A stretch of DNA of 64,000 bases, from positions 73,222,001 through 73,286,000 of the forward strand of contig CM060731.1 of NCBI GenBank assembly GCA_030704615.1, in the 5' to 3' direction. The translations under genes and the position numbers were made by a program. Numbering within the stretch: the first letter of the stretch is position 1; every line of letters begins with the position of its first letter. This stretch comes from Takakia lepidozioides. Taxonomy: Eukaryota; Plantae; Bryophyta. Of this stretch, positions 26,663 to 39,577 are shown piece by piece. The notes beneath the pieces are model-generated. The model did not search any database. It was not told where the DNA came from and worked only from the letters and a program-made list of their open reading frames with translations.

Positions 26663-29600
26663 TCATTTTCTCTGTGTATCCCACTTGAGCATCAATTGTG
26701 CCACACGTTCTGCCACCTCAACATCACCATGAATTCTGCAGGCACCAAGCAAGGCCCCCCACACCTGAGCATCCGGTACAACTGGCATTCGGTCAATGAG
26801 TTCTTCTGCAACGTCCAATTGCCCTGCACGGCCAAGAAGGTCCACCATGCAGCCAAAATGCTCCACTGTGGGAGTAAGGCAATCATCAGAACACATGGAA
26901 TCAAAGTAGTGACAGGCCTCATCCACCAGGCCCACATGGCTACATGCAGAGAGAACACACACAAAGGTGATATCGTCTGGCTTCAAGCCTTCCTGTTGCA
27001 TTTGTTCAAACAGTTGCAGGGCCTCCCTAGCACAACCATGCTGACCATATCCCGCAATCATCGCATTCCATGACACCACATTTCGTTGAGCCATACTATC
27101 GAACACTTGACGTGCATCCTCTACACTACCACATTTTGCATACATATCAGCAAGGGCCGTCGCCAGAATCACATCTGGTGCAATCCCAGCTTGCATGATG
27201 TCAGCATGTACCTTTTTGCCTTTTTCTAGGGCTGCCAGACTGGCACATGCATTGAGAACGCCGATGAATGTGACCTTGTCAGGCAGCACCCCTTCCTGTA
27301 TCATTTGCTTATACATCTCAAAAGCCTCCATAGCAAACCCATGCTGAGCATATCCTGCAATCATCGCATTCCATGACACAACATCTCGTTGAGCCATGTT
27401 ATCGAAAACTTGACGTGCCTCCTTGACACTACCACATTTGGCATACATGTCAGCAAGGGCTGTCTCCACCATTATATCTCGGACTATTCCAGTTTTGTTG
27501 ATGTCAGCATGAACCTTTTGGCCTTTATCCAGGGCTCCCAGGCTGGCACATGCATTGAGAACAGATATGAAGGTGACCTTGTCAGGTGTCACCCCTTCCA
27601 GTATCATTTGCTCATACATCTTGAAAGCCTCCCCACCACAACCATGTTGACCATATCCTGTGATCATCGTACTCCAAGCGACCACATCTCGTTGAGCCAT
27701 ATTGTCGAACACTTCACGTGCATCCTTTATACTCCCGCATTTGGCATACATGTCAGTAAGGGCAGTCTCCAGCATGATATCTGCTGCAAATCCACTTTTG
27801 ATCATATGAGCATGAACCTCTTTGCCCTGTTCCAGGACCCCTAGGCTGGCACACACATTGAGCATGCAAATGAACGTGACCCTGTCAGGTGTCACCCCCT
27901 CCCCTATCATTTCTTCATATGTCTTGAAAGCATCTCCATGAAACCCATGCTGAGCATATCCTGCAATCAATGCACTCCATGAGGAAGCAGGCCGTTGAGC
28001 CATATTGTTGAACACTAGACATGCATCTTTCATGCTCCTGCATTTGGCATACATGTCAACAAGGGATGTCTCGAGTATAATATCTTGCACGATTCCAGAC
28101 TTGACGATGTCAGCATGGATCTCTTTGCCCTTTTCCAGTACTCCTAAGTTGCCACATGCATGGAGAATGCAAGTGAATGTGACCCTGTCAGGAGTCAACC
28201 CATTCTGTAGCATTTGCTCATACATTTCAAAAGCCTCCATAGAACAACCATGTTGAGCATATCCTGTGATAATAGTGCTCCATGAGACCACATCTCGTTT
28301 AGCCATCTTGTTGAAAACTTGACACGCTTCCTTCATGCTCCCACATTTGGCATACATGTGAACAAGGGCATTCTCCAAATTGATATATGGGGCAATTCCA
28401 GCTTTGATGATATCAGCTTGGACCTCTTTACCCTTTTGCAGGTCTCCGAGGGCTGCGCACACATTTAGGATGCAAATGAATGTGACCTTGTCAGGCATCA
28501 CCCCTTCCTGTTGCATCTGCTCATACATTTTGAAAGCATCCCTACCACCATCACATGCATGCTGAGCATATCCTGTGATCATGGCATTCCATGAGACCAC
28601 ATTTCGTTGAGCTATATTTACAAACACTTGATGCGCATCACTCATGCTCCCACACTTGGCATACATATCAATGAGGGTATTCTCCAAATTTACATATGGT
28701 GCAATTCCAGATTTGATTATTTCAGCATGGACCTCTTTGCCCTTCTCCAGGGCTCGTAAGCTGGCACATGCATTGAGAACACAAATGAATGTGATTCTGT
28801 CGGGCTCGACCCCTTCCCGGTGCATTTGATCATAGATATCAAAAGCCTCCCTGCCACGTCCATGCTGAGCATATCCTGTGATCATGGCATTCCATGAGAC
28901 CACATCTCGTTTAACCATATTGCTGAACACTTCATGTGCATCCTTCATGCTCCCACATTTTGCATACATGTCAGCAAGGGCAGTCTCCAGAATGATGTCT
29001 AGAGCGATTCCAGCTTTCATGATGTCCGCATGGACCTCTTTGACCTTGTCCAAGGTTCCTAGCCTAGCACACGCATTAAGAACAAAAATGAAGGTGAGCC
29101 TGTCAGGCTTCACTCCCTCTTGTTGCATTTGCTCATACATCTCAAAAGCCTCCCTGCCACATTGCTGCTGAGCATATCCTGCAATCATAGCATTCCATGA
29201 GACTACATTCCGTTGAGCCATAGAGTCAAACACCTCATGTGCATCATTCATGCTGCCACATTTGGCATACATGTCAGCAAGGGCGGTCGCTAGAATCATG
29301 TCAAGCACAATTCCAGCTTTGATGATGTGAGCATGGATCTCCTTCCCCTTTTCCAGGTCTGCTAGGCTGGCACACGCATTGAGAACACACGTGAATGTGA
29401 TCCTGTCGGGCATCAAGCCATCCCATTGCATTTGCTCATAGAGCTTGCAAGCCTCCCTACCACCAGCATGCTTGGCATATCCTGTTATCATTGTGTTCCA
29501 TGTAAACCTATCTCGTTCTGGCATTTTGTCAAACACTTGCCGTGCATCTCCGACACTTCCACACTTGGCATACATGTTAACAAGGGTGTTGAGTACAAAG

Positions 29601-29887
29601 ATGTTGGGCCTGATTTCATTCTGGATAATGTGAGCGTGCACCTGCTTTCCTGCTGCTAGGTCCTTCCTTTTGATGCACTCCTGCAAGAGAGAGACACAAG
29701 TAGTGGAATCTGCCGAAATGCCTCGTTCATTCAAAATATGCAGCACCTCTTTCAGTCGTCCTGCCTTACATAGTGCCCTCAAATCCACCCAATTGCTGGA
29801 AGAGTTGCTGATTCCATCTCTTCTTTCGAAAGCAGAAGTGACGGTGGAGGTGCCTGATTCAGAAGACTGAAGTTGACTTAACATCAT
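26663..29887 (-). CDS. PLS-class pentatricopeptide repeat protein (organellar RNA-editing factor type) ending in a truncated E domain
   Basis: A 1074-aa ORF of regular P-L-S triplets (MYAKCGS..A..VF..M..RDVVSWNAMIAGYAQHG..P.D.VTF..VLNACA), followed by HFGCMVDLLGRAG and VWGALLGACRIHG. Confidence 0.95.
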   Translation of the reverse strand: MMLSQLQSSESGTSTVTSAFERRDGISNSSSNWVDLRALCKAGRLKEVLHILNERGISADSTTCVSLLQECIKRKDLAAGKQVHAHIIQNEIRPNIFVLNTLVNMYAKCGSVGDARQVFDKMPERDRFTWNTMITGYAKHAGGREACKLYEQMQWDGLMPDRITFTCVLNACASLADLEKGKEIHAHIIKAGIVLDMILATALADMYAKCGSMNDAHEVFDSMAQRNVVSWNAMIAGYAQQQCGREAFEMYEQMQQEGVKPDRLTFIFVLNACARLGTLDKVKEVHADIMKAGIALDIILETALADMYAKCGSMKDAHEVFSNMVKRDVVSWNAMITGYAQHGRGREAFDIYDQMHREGVEPDRITFICVLNACASLRALEKGKEVHAEIIKSGIAPYVNLENTLIDMYAKCGSMSDAHQVFVNIAQRNVVSWNAMITGYAQHACDGGRDAFKMYEQMQQEGVMPDKVTFICILNVCAALGDLQKGKEVQADIIKAGIAPYINLENALVHMYAKCGSMKEACQVFNKMAKRDVVSWSTIITGYAQHGCSMEAFEMYEQMLQNGLTPDRVTFTCILHACGNLGVLEKGKEIHADIVKSGIVQDIILETSLVDMYAKCRSMKDACLVFNNMAQRPASSWSALIAGYAQHGFHGDAFKTYEEMIGEGVTPDRVTFICMLNVCASLGVLEQGKEVHAHMIKSGFAADIMLETALTDMYAKCGSIKDAREVFDNMAQRDVVAWSTMITGYGQHGCGGEAFKMYEQMILEGVTPDKVTFISVLNACASLGALDKGQKVHADINKTGIVRDIMVETALADMYAKCGSVKEARQVFDNMAQRDVVSWNAMIAGYAQHGFAMEAFEMYKQMIQEGVLPDKVTFIGVLNACASLAALEKGKKVHADIMQAGIAPDVILATALADMYAKCGSVEDARQVFDSMAQRNVVSWNAMIAGYGQHGCAREALQLFEQMQQEGLKPDDITFVCVLSACSHVGLVDEACHYFDSMCSDDCLTPTVEHFGCMVDLLGRAGQLDVAEELIDRMPVVPDAQVWGALLGACRIHGDVEVAERVAQLMLKWDTQRK

Positions 29888-31670
29888 CCTGCATGACTCA
29901 AAACTCTTATGTTACAGACCTTCCCCTCAAACTCAGATAATATTTCTCAAGGTCCAAGAGATTTCAAAGCAAGCTCTCTACATGATGACAGGCTCCTTCC
30001 TACATATCAACAGCATTACAACACTATTCCAGTCACCTACTTTAAGACTCTACTATGCCAATTCTAGCTGTTTGATTTCTGACCCTTCAATCATCCTCAA
30101 AACAATATCCATTGTGTTATTGGCCTGGAGCTCCGTGAACAGTGAAGTTAGAAGTATCACCAGATTGTGCTCGACTCCTATATTGCTGATAGCTCGCCTT
30201 TCACGCAAGGAGGGTTCGACCAACCATCAATCCAAAGGACCTCCTTTGGGCGCTTATGTCTGAAATCTGGTGATCTTGGGCTTTTCTATGAAAACCAACA
30301 GCGGACAGCTGAGCAACCATAGCTTCAACCACAGACAGTCTTAAACTGACCAGGCTACAACCACCCAAGCTCTGACCATCACAATGAAAAGGAACAACGT
30401 AATAGGTACATTCTTCATTGCAAGAATGTACCTATTGACTACTCATCATGAGTTTTACAAGTCCTCCGTGAGTCTAAATGACGATAGCCTCACCTTAACA
30501 AACCTGTTGTCCCACCACTGTGAAGGGTCTGAGAAGAACTCCTGCCAGAGCCGTTCGATGCTTATTGCTTGACCTGCCCGCATTAACTGTAAGAACATGA
30601 CATCTTTGCCATCTTGTGAGTCTCACTCCATATTGAGCAGTGATATCAGCATAGATCTTCAGCAGATCCCATATAAGCTGGGTGAGGATTCTACTGGAGG
30701 TTTTCCAACAATTTGGACCTCTCTCTTTCAGTGATAAATTTCTTTCTTTCTTTCTTCTTGTCACTCATGAAGTTCCTTTCTCTCTCTCTCTCTCTCCTCC
30801 TCCTCCTCTTTAGTCAGCTTCGTGGATTACATGCATGAGGCAAAGCGAAGGCAGAAGGGGTTGTAGTGTACTCTAGCATGATGTCTATGCAGGCCCTTAC
30901 ATCAATACTCAATTTCCCTTTACTGTGTTTCTGCACAACCCAATGGGTTTTAAGTGATGTGATTCCATACCCTGCCTCACAGCCTTCTGTAGCACCAAGA
31001 TGAGATGCCATGGAATTGTAGTCTCACAAACCAAAATTGAACGACATAAAAGGAAGCGAGCTTCTCTCACGGCCTAGCTTCCACATTTCAAACTCTAGTG
31101 TTCTGAAATTGTCAACAGTATCACATTTTGACTCTTGATAAACTCTGGAAGGGTTTGCTTGATTGACAGCAGAGATAGCAAACTTGGGTTTTCCTGGCTT
31201 TCCCATGGTGCAGGATTTGAACCTGGGAGCACCTGGGGGGTATGCTGCTCTCTATCCAACTGATCTACCCACTGGTAGTTCATCCCCTTGCTTTCGAAAA
31301 GAACAAAAACAAGAAAAGAACTAGGGCTTCGCGTTGCTCCGCACTACTAGCTACGACTTTTGAGAAGGACGTCGGGACGGATGGGCCATATTCGAGGATC
31401 ATGAGAGAGAGTAGGGATCATGCAGCCTGCCGAAATGTTAGTCACGCAGTTCCGATTGGTGTGGGGGGGCGGGGAGGGAGGGAGTTGGAGGGTTTTCCAT
31501 GGGTCGTCTTGGTACAACAAGTAGATAAGGAGGGTGGTCATTATAAAATATGGTGGCCCTTACATGGAACATTTAGATGTGTCTAATTTAAGCTCTACCA
31601 AGCTATGTTGTTATTCTAGTTGTCATGGTTCGACTCTCCTCTCGTGCTTTGGCCAACAGTTTGACCCCTT

Positions 31671-32325
31671 TTAGTTGGAATGAAAGCGACGGAAATTCAT
31701 CCAATATCGGATGTCACACTTGACTGCAACGAGATCCCCTGAACGTACGGATTCTCCATCCATTTTTTGGCCATTTTCGTTAAGGACTTCTATTGTATTG
31801 TACATCTCGTCGTTGTTTGTTTTTTGACATTTGTTGTTACCAGTCGTCAAGCCAAAATTATTTGCGTTAGTTTTTAGGAGCTTTTTCGTGAAGCTCATGT
31901 TGTTTCCACCCATCCACGTCATGTCCTCGCCTCTCCTCCTCCAATTATCGGACCATTCCGTTATTGTATTTGCGTAGTCGAACAGAAAATGGTTGTCTTC
32001 TATCAATATTGTGAATTTTGCGTTTTTTAGTTCTTCGGCGAAAGTCACAAATCTGTAATTCCCGGTTTTGCCAAGGTAGGGGAATTTTGCAATACCTACG
32101 AAGATGGCTATTTCTTCACGGTCCGAAGGGACGTTCCACAAGGCGCTGTGGAAGTTTGTACTGTAGGGCAGGCGCTTCCATGTGTTCCCCACCTTTAGGG
32201 CATGATGGTCATTGGACGTGAAACTGTCGTATATCACGTTTGTCATGTCTTGGTGGGTTAGGTATTTCCTGGATTTGTTGGTCCGTTACAGTGTCTATTG
32301 TGTCGGCTATTTCCGATGTTGACAT
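31671..32325 (-). CDS. Intronless orphan ORF (one frameshift near 32247), possibly an OB-fold ssDNA-binding-like protein on a small insertion
   Basis: A 191-aa ORF with a likely upstream start MSTSEIADT at 32325 and a C-terminal EVLNENGQKMDGESVRSGDLVAVKCDIRYW. Confidence 0.4.
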
Positions 32326-33929
32326 GGTTGTTTGTATGTATGGTACAAAGAGAGAGAGAGAGATATGAAAGTATATATCGGTGGGTTTTTTAGGAGAATT
32401 AAACCCTAAGAGTTTGACTTTAAAATTAATCACGCTAATCTATAGAATTGTGGCTTTCTCTCTCAGACCGAGGTTGATGCTACACCGCTTTGCTGGGAAG
32501 TTAGGTGCAAAGTACGATGGAACAATATGTTATATTCCTCTGCTTCACCTGCATTTCCAACAAGGTGTCACTGTTAAACCTTATGGCTATTTTTTCTTGC
32601 TTGTCTACTGTGTGTAAGTCGGTAATTTTTTTGCTACCCAAAGACTAGATCTCACAACTGGCTTGTTTTGCAACTGCCATTGGCAATTGACCATCCTAAT
32701 TGCAAAATCCAGTTTTAACATTATGTAGATATAGTCTGTTCTGCCCACCACAGTCTAGTTTTCTTAATAGTAGACACCAGAGTCATAGAGCGATCATTTG
32801 AGAGACAGTGGAACGAGCTGCTAAAAGAGGCTGAGCAAGTGACGGAGACAGAGGATCTGCAGATAAGAGGATATGAACCACAGCTGGAGAGAGAGCAAGT
32901 AAGTGAGGCGGTAACTTATAACTAGCAAAGCAATACTGGTGCTTGCTGGAGGCTGGTCAAATCAAGACCACACATGGCATGGTGGAGAAGAGAAAGTAAG
33001 GAAGGTAGAGCAGGGAAAGAAACAGAAAGGTAAGCAGGGTGCAAGACACATCAATCTAATGCAGATTGAACCAGGAGACAAAGACATTAGTGACATCAAC
33101 CATGCAAATCTCATTGTTGACAACCAACTCAAACTACTATTTTCTCACAGTTTCTACCATTTTACTTGTGAAGGTATGAGCACTTTGAATGAATCCAGTG
33201 TCAATTGTGACAGGTTGTGTACAAAAAACAACTTGGTGAGCATATCATGAAAAGATTAAAATCCCGTGCAACGACAAATGAACTGAACACTGTAATCTCC
33301 ACCCACAAATATACGAATTCCAGAGATTGAAGCACCCCTCCTCCAAGATCTATCAAATTCATTAGAGAGAGACTTGGAGAGGACAAAAACAACAAGCACT
33401 TCTAAAACCATGTCCTACACATTTCACCAACAGTGTCTACACTGACACCAATTGAATAATTAATCGGTTAAATTAACAAAGTGATAGAGAGCCTCCCAAT
33501 TCTCACCTTCTTAGGGTGGGCTCCCACAATCTACAGATAGAGACTGGCAAATGGGGAAACCTGCGACGGAGAACCGCTTATGCCCAGCTTGCATACACTA
33601 GTAGAAAATCCAGCTTTTACGTCTGCTATTTTCCAGTCATATCAGCCTTTTATGACTGCATGACTGCCCAGTCAGATAAACCCGGTCAGTTGTGACAAAT
33701 GAGTCGTAAGCGCCATAGAGTCGTATCTGCCAGTCGTGAAGCTCATTGTTGACGTGGCAACGGGGGAGTGCAGCTACCGAGTGAGCCTAGCCGCGTGAGC
33801 CCAGGAGCTCGGCTCACGCTTTGCCCTCTAAGCGTGAGCCCAGGGGTTTAGTGGAGGAAGAAGCAGGCCCCATACCCGAGTCCTCTGTTTAGAGAGGGTC
33901 CTATTGTCGTGGAAGCAGTTATAGCGCTT

Positions 33930-34900
33930 AAAAAAAGAGGTATAGAAAGAATGGAATGGTCATTGTGAAACTTACTGAGGTTTTTTTATTGAAGAAGAGG
34001 TGAAAAAAAAAGGCTGGGTGAGTCATCATGAATCTTATTTAGGGATTCTTGCATGAACAAGAGGCAAAAAGTTGGATGTCATTGTCAGCTATCTGACGTT
34101 TGGATGCTCATTGTCAAGCTATCTGACGTTTCCAGTATTTCATCCATGGTGGATGGATGATGGATGGATGAAATATTGAAGGAGAGGTTTAAAATAATGA
34201 GGATGGGCAAGAATAGGCCCCAAAATATGACCCCTCATTGTGAAACAGGCAATGGTTTTTGTTAATGTAGATGAGGTGAAAATTAAACAGATGGTCATCT
34301 TCAAGCTTATTTAGGTTTTGTTTGTGAAGAAGATGTGTAACAAAATGAGCGGTTTATTGTGGAACTTGTTCAGGTTTGTGTTATTGAAGATGAGGTGAAA
34401 AAAAAACACATGGTCATTGTGATTGCTTATTTAGGGTGTGTTTGTGAAGAAGAGGTAACAAAAAACATTGAGCTATCCTTGTGAAACTTGTTTAGGATTT
34501 TGTTATTGAAGAAGAGGTGAAAAAAAAATCAGATGGTCATCATGAATGCTTATATAGGGTTTTTTTGTGAAGAAGAGGTGAAAAAAGAAATCAGATGTCA
34601 TCATGAATAAATTAGGGTTTGTTTGTGAAGAAGAGGTGAAAAAAAAACTTGAGCTCTGTCATTGTCAAACTTCTTCAGGTTTCTGTTATTGAAGAAGAGG
34701 TGAAAAAAAAATCATATGGTCATCATGAATGCTATTTAGGGTTTGTTTGTATAGAGGACGTGGAAAACAAATGAGCTGTCATTGTGCAACTTGTTCAGGT
34801 GCTTGTTATTCAAGAAGAAGTGGAAAAAAAAACAAATTGTCATCATGAAGCTCATTTACACAATGCTTCTGTAGAGGCTGTGAAAAAAAAAAATGAGCTT
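33930..34900. repeat. Degenerate ~60-bp tandem array (TTGAAGAAGAGGTGAAAAAAA...GTCATTGTG), subterminal to the CACTA end
   Basis: About 14 visible units. Confidence 0.85.
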
Positions 34901-35104
34901 TCATACTGACACTTGTCCATGTTTGGCAGGCCCTCGAACAATTTATTTTTATTTTTATTTTTTATTTTTTTTGGCCCGGGGCAATATTGGGGGTGGGGGC
35001 AGAAGTGGTGTGCGTTGACACACTCAATTTTAGAGGCTCATTAACCAAATCCGATGAAAAAATAAACTACATTTCGTAACGAGACATCGTCTGCTTGTCC
35101 AGAT

Positions 35105-35751
35105 TTAAGAACTGTGTATACATGTTCTACAAACAATGTAGCCATTTCCGACATTGCGAAAAATCGCAACATATGCAACACTACTCGATATTGCCAATGT
35201 CTCGCTGCAAAAGTGTCCGTACCTCACAGGACCTAGTGTCGCCTGGTGAATGATTTGGTCTCTTTTGGGATCATAATACATCCTGCGCAAAAAAATGTAG
35301 TAAAGATGCTTGCAGGGAACCCATTTCCCTCTCTTTCCTAGAGCTTCCTCACGCATGCACACGAAGTCGGGACAGGTACACCCCGGAAAATTTCCCACCG
35401 TCACCTGATAGGCCCTGTCGTGCAAAACAAACCCAGATGTGAAGTATAAACCCGTCCATATCCAGGTGAAGGTACTTCCATAGTTCCTGTTACCCGAGCC
35501 TGAAGTAGTCTAACCGATTCCACCTTCGCATCGTGATTAGGCCTCGAAGCCACCCGATGCACTGTTTTGTCATCCCTTCTTGTGGGATGCGAAGTATCGT
35601 CTGGAGGAGGCACCATAGCAGCGAGGCCACCAAGAGTCGACGCCGCAGATCGGTGCAGACGAAAGCCGACGTCCTCCAACTTGCCCATCTCCAGCTCGTC
35701 AATGATCATCCTGAAATCATGATCATGAAAAAATTGAGTGTGTTGACGCAC
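35105..35751 (-). pseudogene. SWIM zinc-finger protein (transposon accessory, frameshifted)
   Basis: YQVTVGNFPGCTCPDF...WVPCKHLYYIFL fits the CxC..CxH SWIM motif and is homologous to 61479-61898. Confidence 0.75.
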
Positions 35752-36124
35752 TCAGTTCTCGGGGGGGGGGGGGGTGTTCCCCCAAAACCCGTCGGGTACC
35801 CGGGGTAAAAATCCTGAAATCGTGATCATGAAGAAATTGAGTTCGTTGATGCACTCAGTTGTCCGGGGGGGGGGAGGAGAGGGAACCAACAAATAAATAA
35901 TAAATAAATTTTATTTTATTTTGGTTATCATACAATCTGTCACGATGAGATGTCGCCGGGAGCTGGCAAGCTACTTGAAAGCCTTGGGGATGCGGATTAT
36001 CAAGACGTGGAACTGTGTCAACAGCCTATATCTGACGAAGGGGGATTGCCCAGGGCAGAAGGTGGGTTTCAAATACTTCGTTTTTATGCCTTCTCTGTTG
36101 AAGTTCCACTGTACTGACTAATAT

Positions 36125-37149
36125 TGTTAGAGGACTGTCTGGGACTTAGACACTTATACGGGATCTGTAGGGTACCCTTAATTTTGCACAGACTGAGACC
36201 AACAGGAGCCTTAGGGGTGACAGCAGCGCACTGTAGAGGGGGGTTACACAGCCCGTCCCAGCCAACACAGCCCGTCACAGTCGTCACAGCCAACACAGCC
36301 AACACAGCCCGTCACAGCCGACACAGCCAGACACAGTCAGCCACAGCTCGTCAACAGCCCGACACAGCCATCACAGCCAACATAGCTCGTCACAGCCGAC
36401 ACAGCCACACACAGTCGCACAGCCAGTCACAGCCCCGTCACAGTTTCACACAGCCAGTCACAGCTTGACACAGCTGTCACGACCATAGGGGACGGAGAGC
36501 AGGACAGGGAACGACTATGGGGAACAAACACCTGCAAATGGAACATGTTAGTTCACGGACGACGGTTAGTGAGGGAAACGGTTAGAGCCACGGGTAGGAA
36601 AATCAAGGGAGAAGAGAGAGAAACAAGGACTGAGAGGATGATTATTCGGGGAAGCACTTCACGGGGAAGAATTCTTGGTCATGGAGGAGAGGGGATAGGG
36701 AAGCGAAAAGAGTAAGAACAGAAGAAAAGATGGAGAGGAAAGGTGACGGTGAGAAGATGATTAGTAGATGCTTGTTATATGCAAAGCTGTAGTGATATTG
36801 TAGAGCAGATTAGAGACACAATGGCTTCGGCCTGATACCTGATAAATCATAATCTGATACTTATACGATACAATCACACTGTGTAGAGAGATCTGAGTGA
36901 AGCTGTGGAATGAATGATGAGTTGATGGAATCCGATAGATTGATGAAGCTGATACTTAAATTATCACTAGTAAGGTAGCTAACATGAATGCGGAAAGGAA
37001 AACAAATAGGAAACACCCCCATGATACACTAGTTGTAGGTCATGACTGATTGTTCTGAGCGGGCTGAGTACTTAGAGATTTCCAACTCTTCTATCTTGGA
37101 GTTTCCGCCTCGGATAGCGAAGGGATGGGTGAGTAAAAGCCGCGCGACA
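36125..37149 (+). repeat. 5' LTR of element C (contains a CACAGCC-type simple repeat at about 36245-36480)
   Basis: TGTTAGAGG...GCGCGACA, highly similar to 55942-56948. Confidence 0.95.
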
Positions 37150-37151
37150 TT

Positions 37152-37168
37152 TGGCGACCATACTGGGG
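37152..37168 (+). promoter_or_regulatory. Primer-binding site of element C (tRNA-Arg-like)
   Basis: TGGCGACCA begins 2 nt after the LTR end. The tRNA assignment is from recall. Confidence 0.7.
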
Positions 37169-37755
37169 AACTGAGTCATGAACAACCAGATGTGACAGAC
37201 ATCTAGTGGGATCATGGTGGTTGGACCATTAAAGAATTTGAAGTGAATCAAATTCCCTGTGGAACGAAGGAAGAAAGATTGTCCAACAATTCTTTCAAAG
37301 GTTCTTGGAATTGCCAGACGGTTGTAAGGAAAATATTCTTAAGCGAGTGCATGATGCTGATCCGGAATGGGGTTTGGAGAAAGGAATGATAAAGATTTAT
37401 CAGGTAGCCTGTAGAGGAAGAGCACGTTGGTTACCAACATTGGTTTATGTGATAGCATTGCTATCCATTAAGCGAGTAGAGTTTGAAGGCTTGGAGAAAG
37501 AAAGGTGAATGTTTATACTCATATGCATGAAGAGCTTGTACTGGTAAAGATTGGATTCCAAAGGATATTTTGTGGATCAAACTCACACCAAGAACAGCTT
37601 TCCAGACTTGTTTGCCATATGGTTATATGGTAACGGAGACTTCAAGTATAGCCAAGGGTGCATTGAAGCTTGAAAGAAACCCAGGCATATACGAGAGATA
37701 TTACAGAAGAGAGTTTTGGTTATTGCCACATTAAAAGAAATGAAAGACATGGGAC

Positions 37756-38368
37756 ATGAGTGATGAAAGAGAAGCTAGACGCCAGAGATATTCAGCAAAA
37801 AGAGAAAGCTATCTGAAAGCTAATTATCCATATCTTTGGGAGAGAGGAATAGACATAGGGGAATCATCTGGACCTCTCACACCATTAAGATCAAAGAGTA
37901 CATCACCCATACCGGAAGAACTAGAGTTGGATGCCACTCCTTCTGTTTCTTTGCAAGAAAGATTAAGGGAATTGGTACAGGAAGAAGATCAATCACGAGG
38001 TGAAAGATCTGAGGTACATCCCTGGATAAAAGATTTGACAGAAATCTTTGATAAGAGTTGGCATGGAACACCAAAAGCAGGAACTCCAGTTTCTGAAGCG
38101 GAAGGTGAAGAAAGAGAAGAGGATGTGGCAGAGCCAACGGAGAGTTCAGACTCTCCAACACCATTACAGTTGAGTTACATGAGTGAAGAAGAAACCCAAG
38201 GGCAGAACTTGGAGGATGAAAACAGAGAGAAGAAATTGGAAGAGGAAGAATATGAAGAAGTAGACCCAACAGCTGAGGTTGAGACTACAACCAGGACATC
38301 CCAACCCGTTGGACCTGGATCAAGTGGAGCACTTGGATCACAGGCCAACGAAGGTGTCGGCTCAGGGG
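37756..38368 (+). pseudogene. Element C gag, N-terminal part (cut by insertion of copy B)
   Basis: The ORF ends ..GSQANEGVGSG at the insertion and resumes as GSGGRPGSGSGG at 50590. Confidence 0.75.
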
Positions 38369-39577
38369 TGTCAAGTTAAATAAGCACAGTGTGAAAACAG
38401 CTAGAATAAAAACTAGTTATTTGTATTTAACACTTGGATTTAGGTCAAGTGTTAAATCAGGTGTCAAGTTTAGTTTGACACCTGGTCCGTCTTATCTTCA
38501 CGAGAGCGGCAGTCGCGCGGCTCATCTTTCTCGAGTTGAGCCTGCGCGACCGAGCTCCTGCATGTGTTTAGATTTGAGTGTGCTTATGTAGGGGTACAGG
38601 TTGTTGTGGGGTGGAGTCCCCATAGCTTGGGGTGCCCCTGGCTCGACTACTATTTCTAAGAGTGATGGTTTGGTTTTCATGTTTTGTGTCAACAGTGTGT
38701 TCGTTGGATTTCTATCACTCGAGAAAGATGATCTCTTACCTGTGAGTGCAAGGTAGGAGTTGAGGGTTAGCACTTGCAAGATTACCTGCGTATAAGTAGT
38801 GATTAGTTTGAGAAGCATATCATTGAATGTGACCACAAGATTCAGCGTGCCCTGAAACGCCTGGAGGATGACGATGCCAGAGCCGCCATTGTTATTGCAG
38901 TCGCTGAAGCTACCAAGTCACTAGAGGCTTTGGGGTACACAAGGAGATACTTAAAAATGCAGCAGCAAATGCTAGTTGGCACCACCATGATCCTTGAATG
39001 GATGATCGTTTCACCAGTAAGCTTATAGAGGAGCTCTTCTGGTCTTGTGTGTCATGTCTGAAGGCTTCATTGCATACCACTGATCCTCTTTCAAAGGAAC
39101 AACCGCTTGACTGTCCAGGCTTTGCAGAATCAGAAGCTTGAAGTCACAACGAACGATGATGATGATGTGGAACAGTGGGTGGAAGCTTGTCTTCCAAATT
39201 TTTGGCAGCAGATGACACTGCAGCGCGGAAAAGAATGCTTTGCTCGGAAGAAGGCTCTGATCCAACTAGTTGTGTGTATCTGTGACTTGGCAGAGGACTG
39301 GGCATAAATGACATTTGGTGGGTCTCAAAAGTGGGTCCACATCTGAACGTTGTCACTTGGGGCTGCAAGTTATCGTGATTCAGGGGTGACTCTAACTGAA
39401 TCACCATTGACAAGGACAGTAGTGGCAAGTGCTGTTTAGGGAAGACACCACTGTGGACGACTTGATTCATGTGATAGAAGGCTAAATACAGCAGTGGTGG
39501 ACTAGCCAACAACCGACAAGGCAATCCAGCATGCAGTACCTGGACAGTTTCTTTTTTTTTTTCAAAATGGATTGCAG

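Noticed and set aside
27389-29870. Plus-strand ORFs over the PPR gene
   Set aside because: Antisense shadows of the repetitive PPR coding sequence.
36124-36468. Thr/Ala/Ser/His-rich ORFs in the LTRs (also 56002-56364)
   Set aside because: By-products of the CACAGCC simple repeat.
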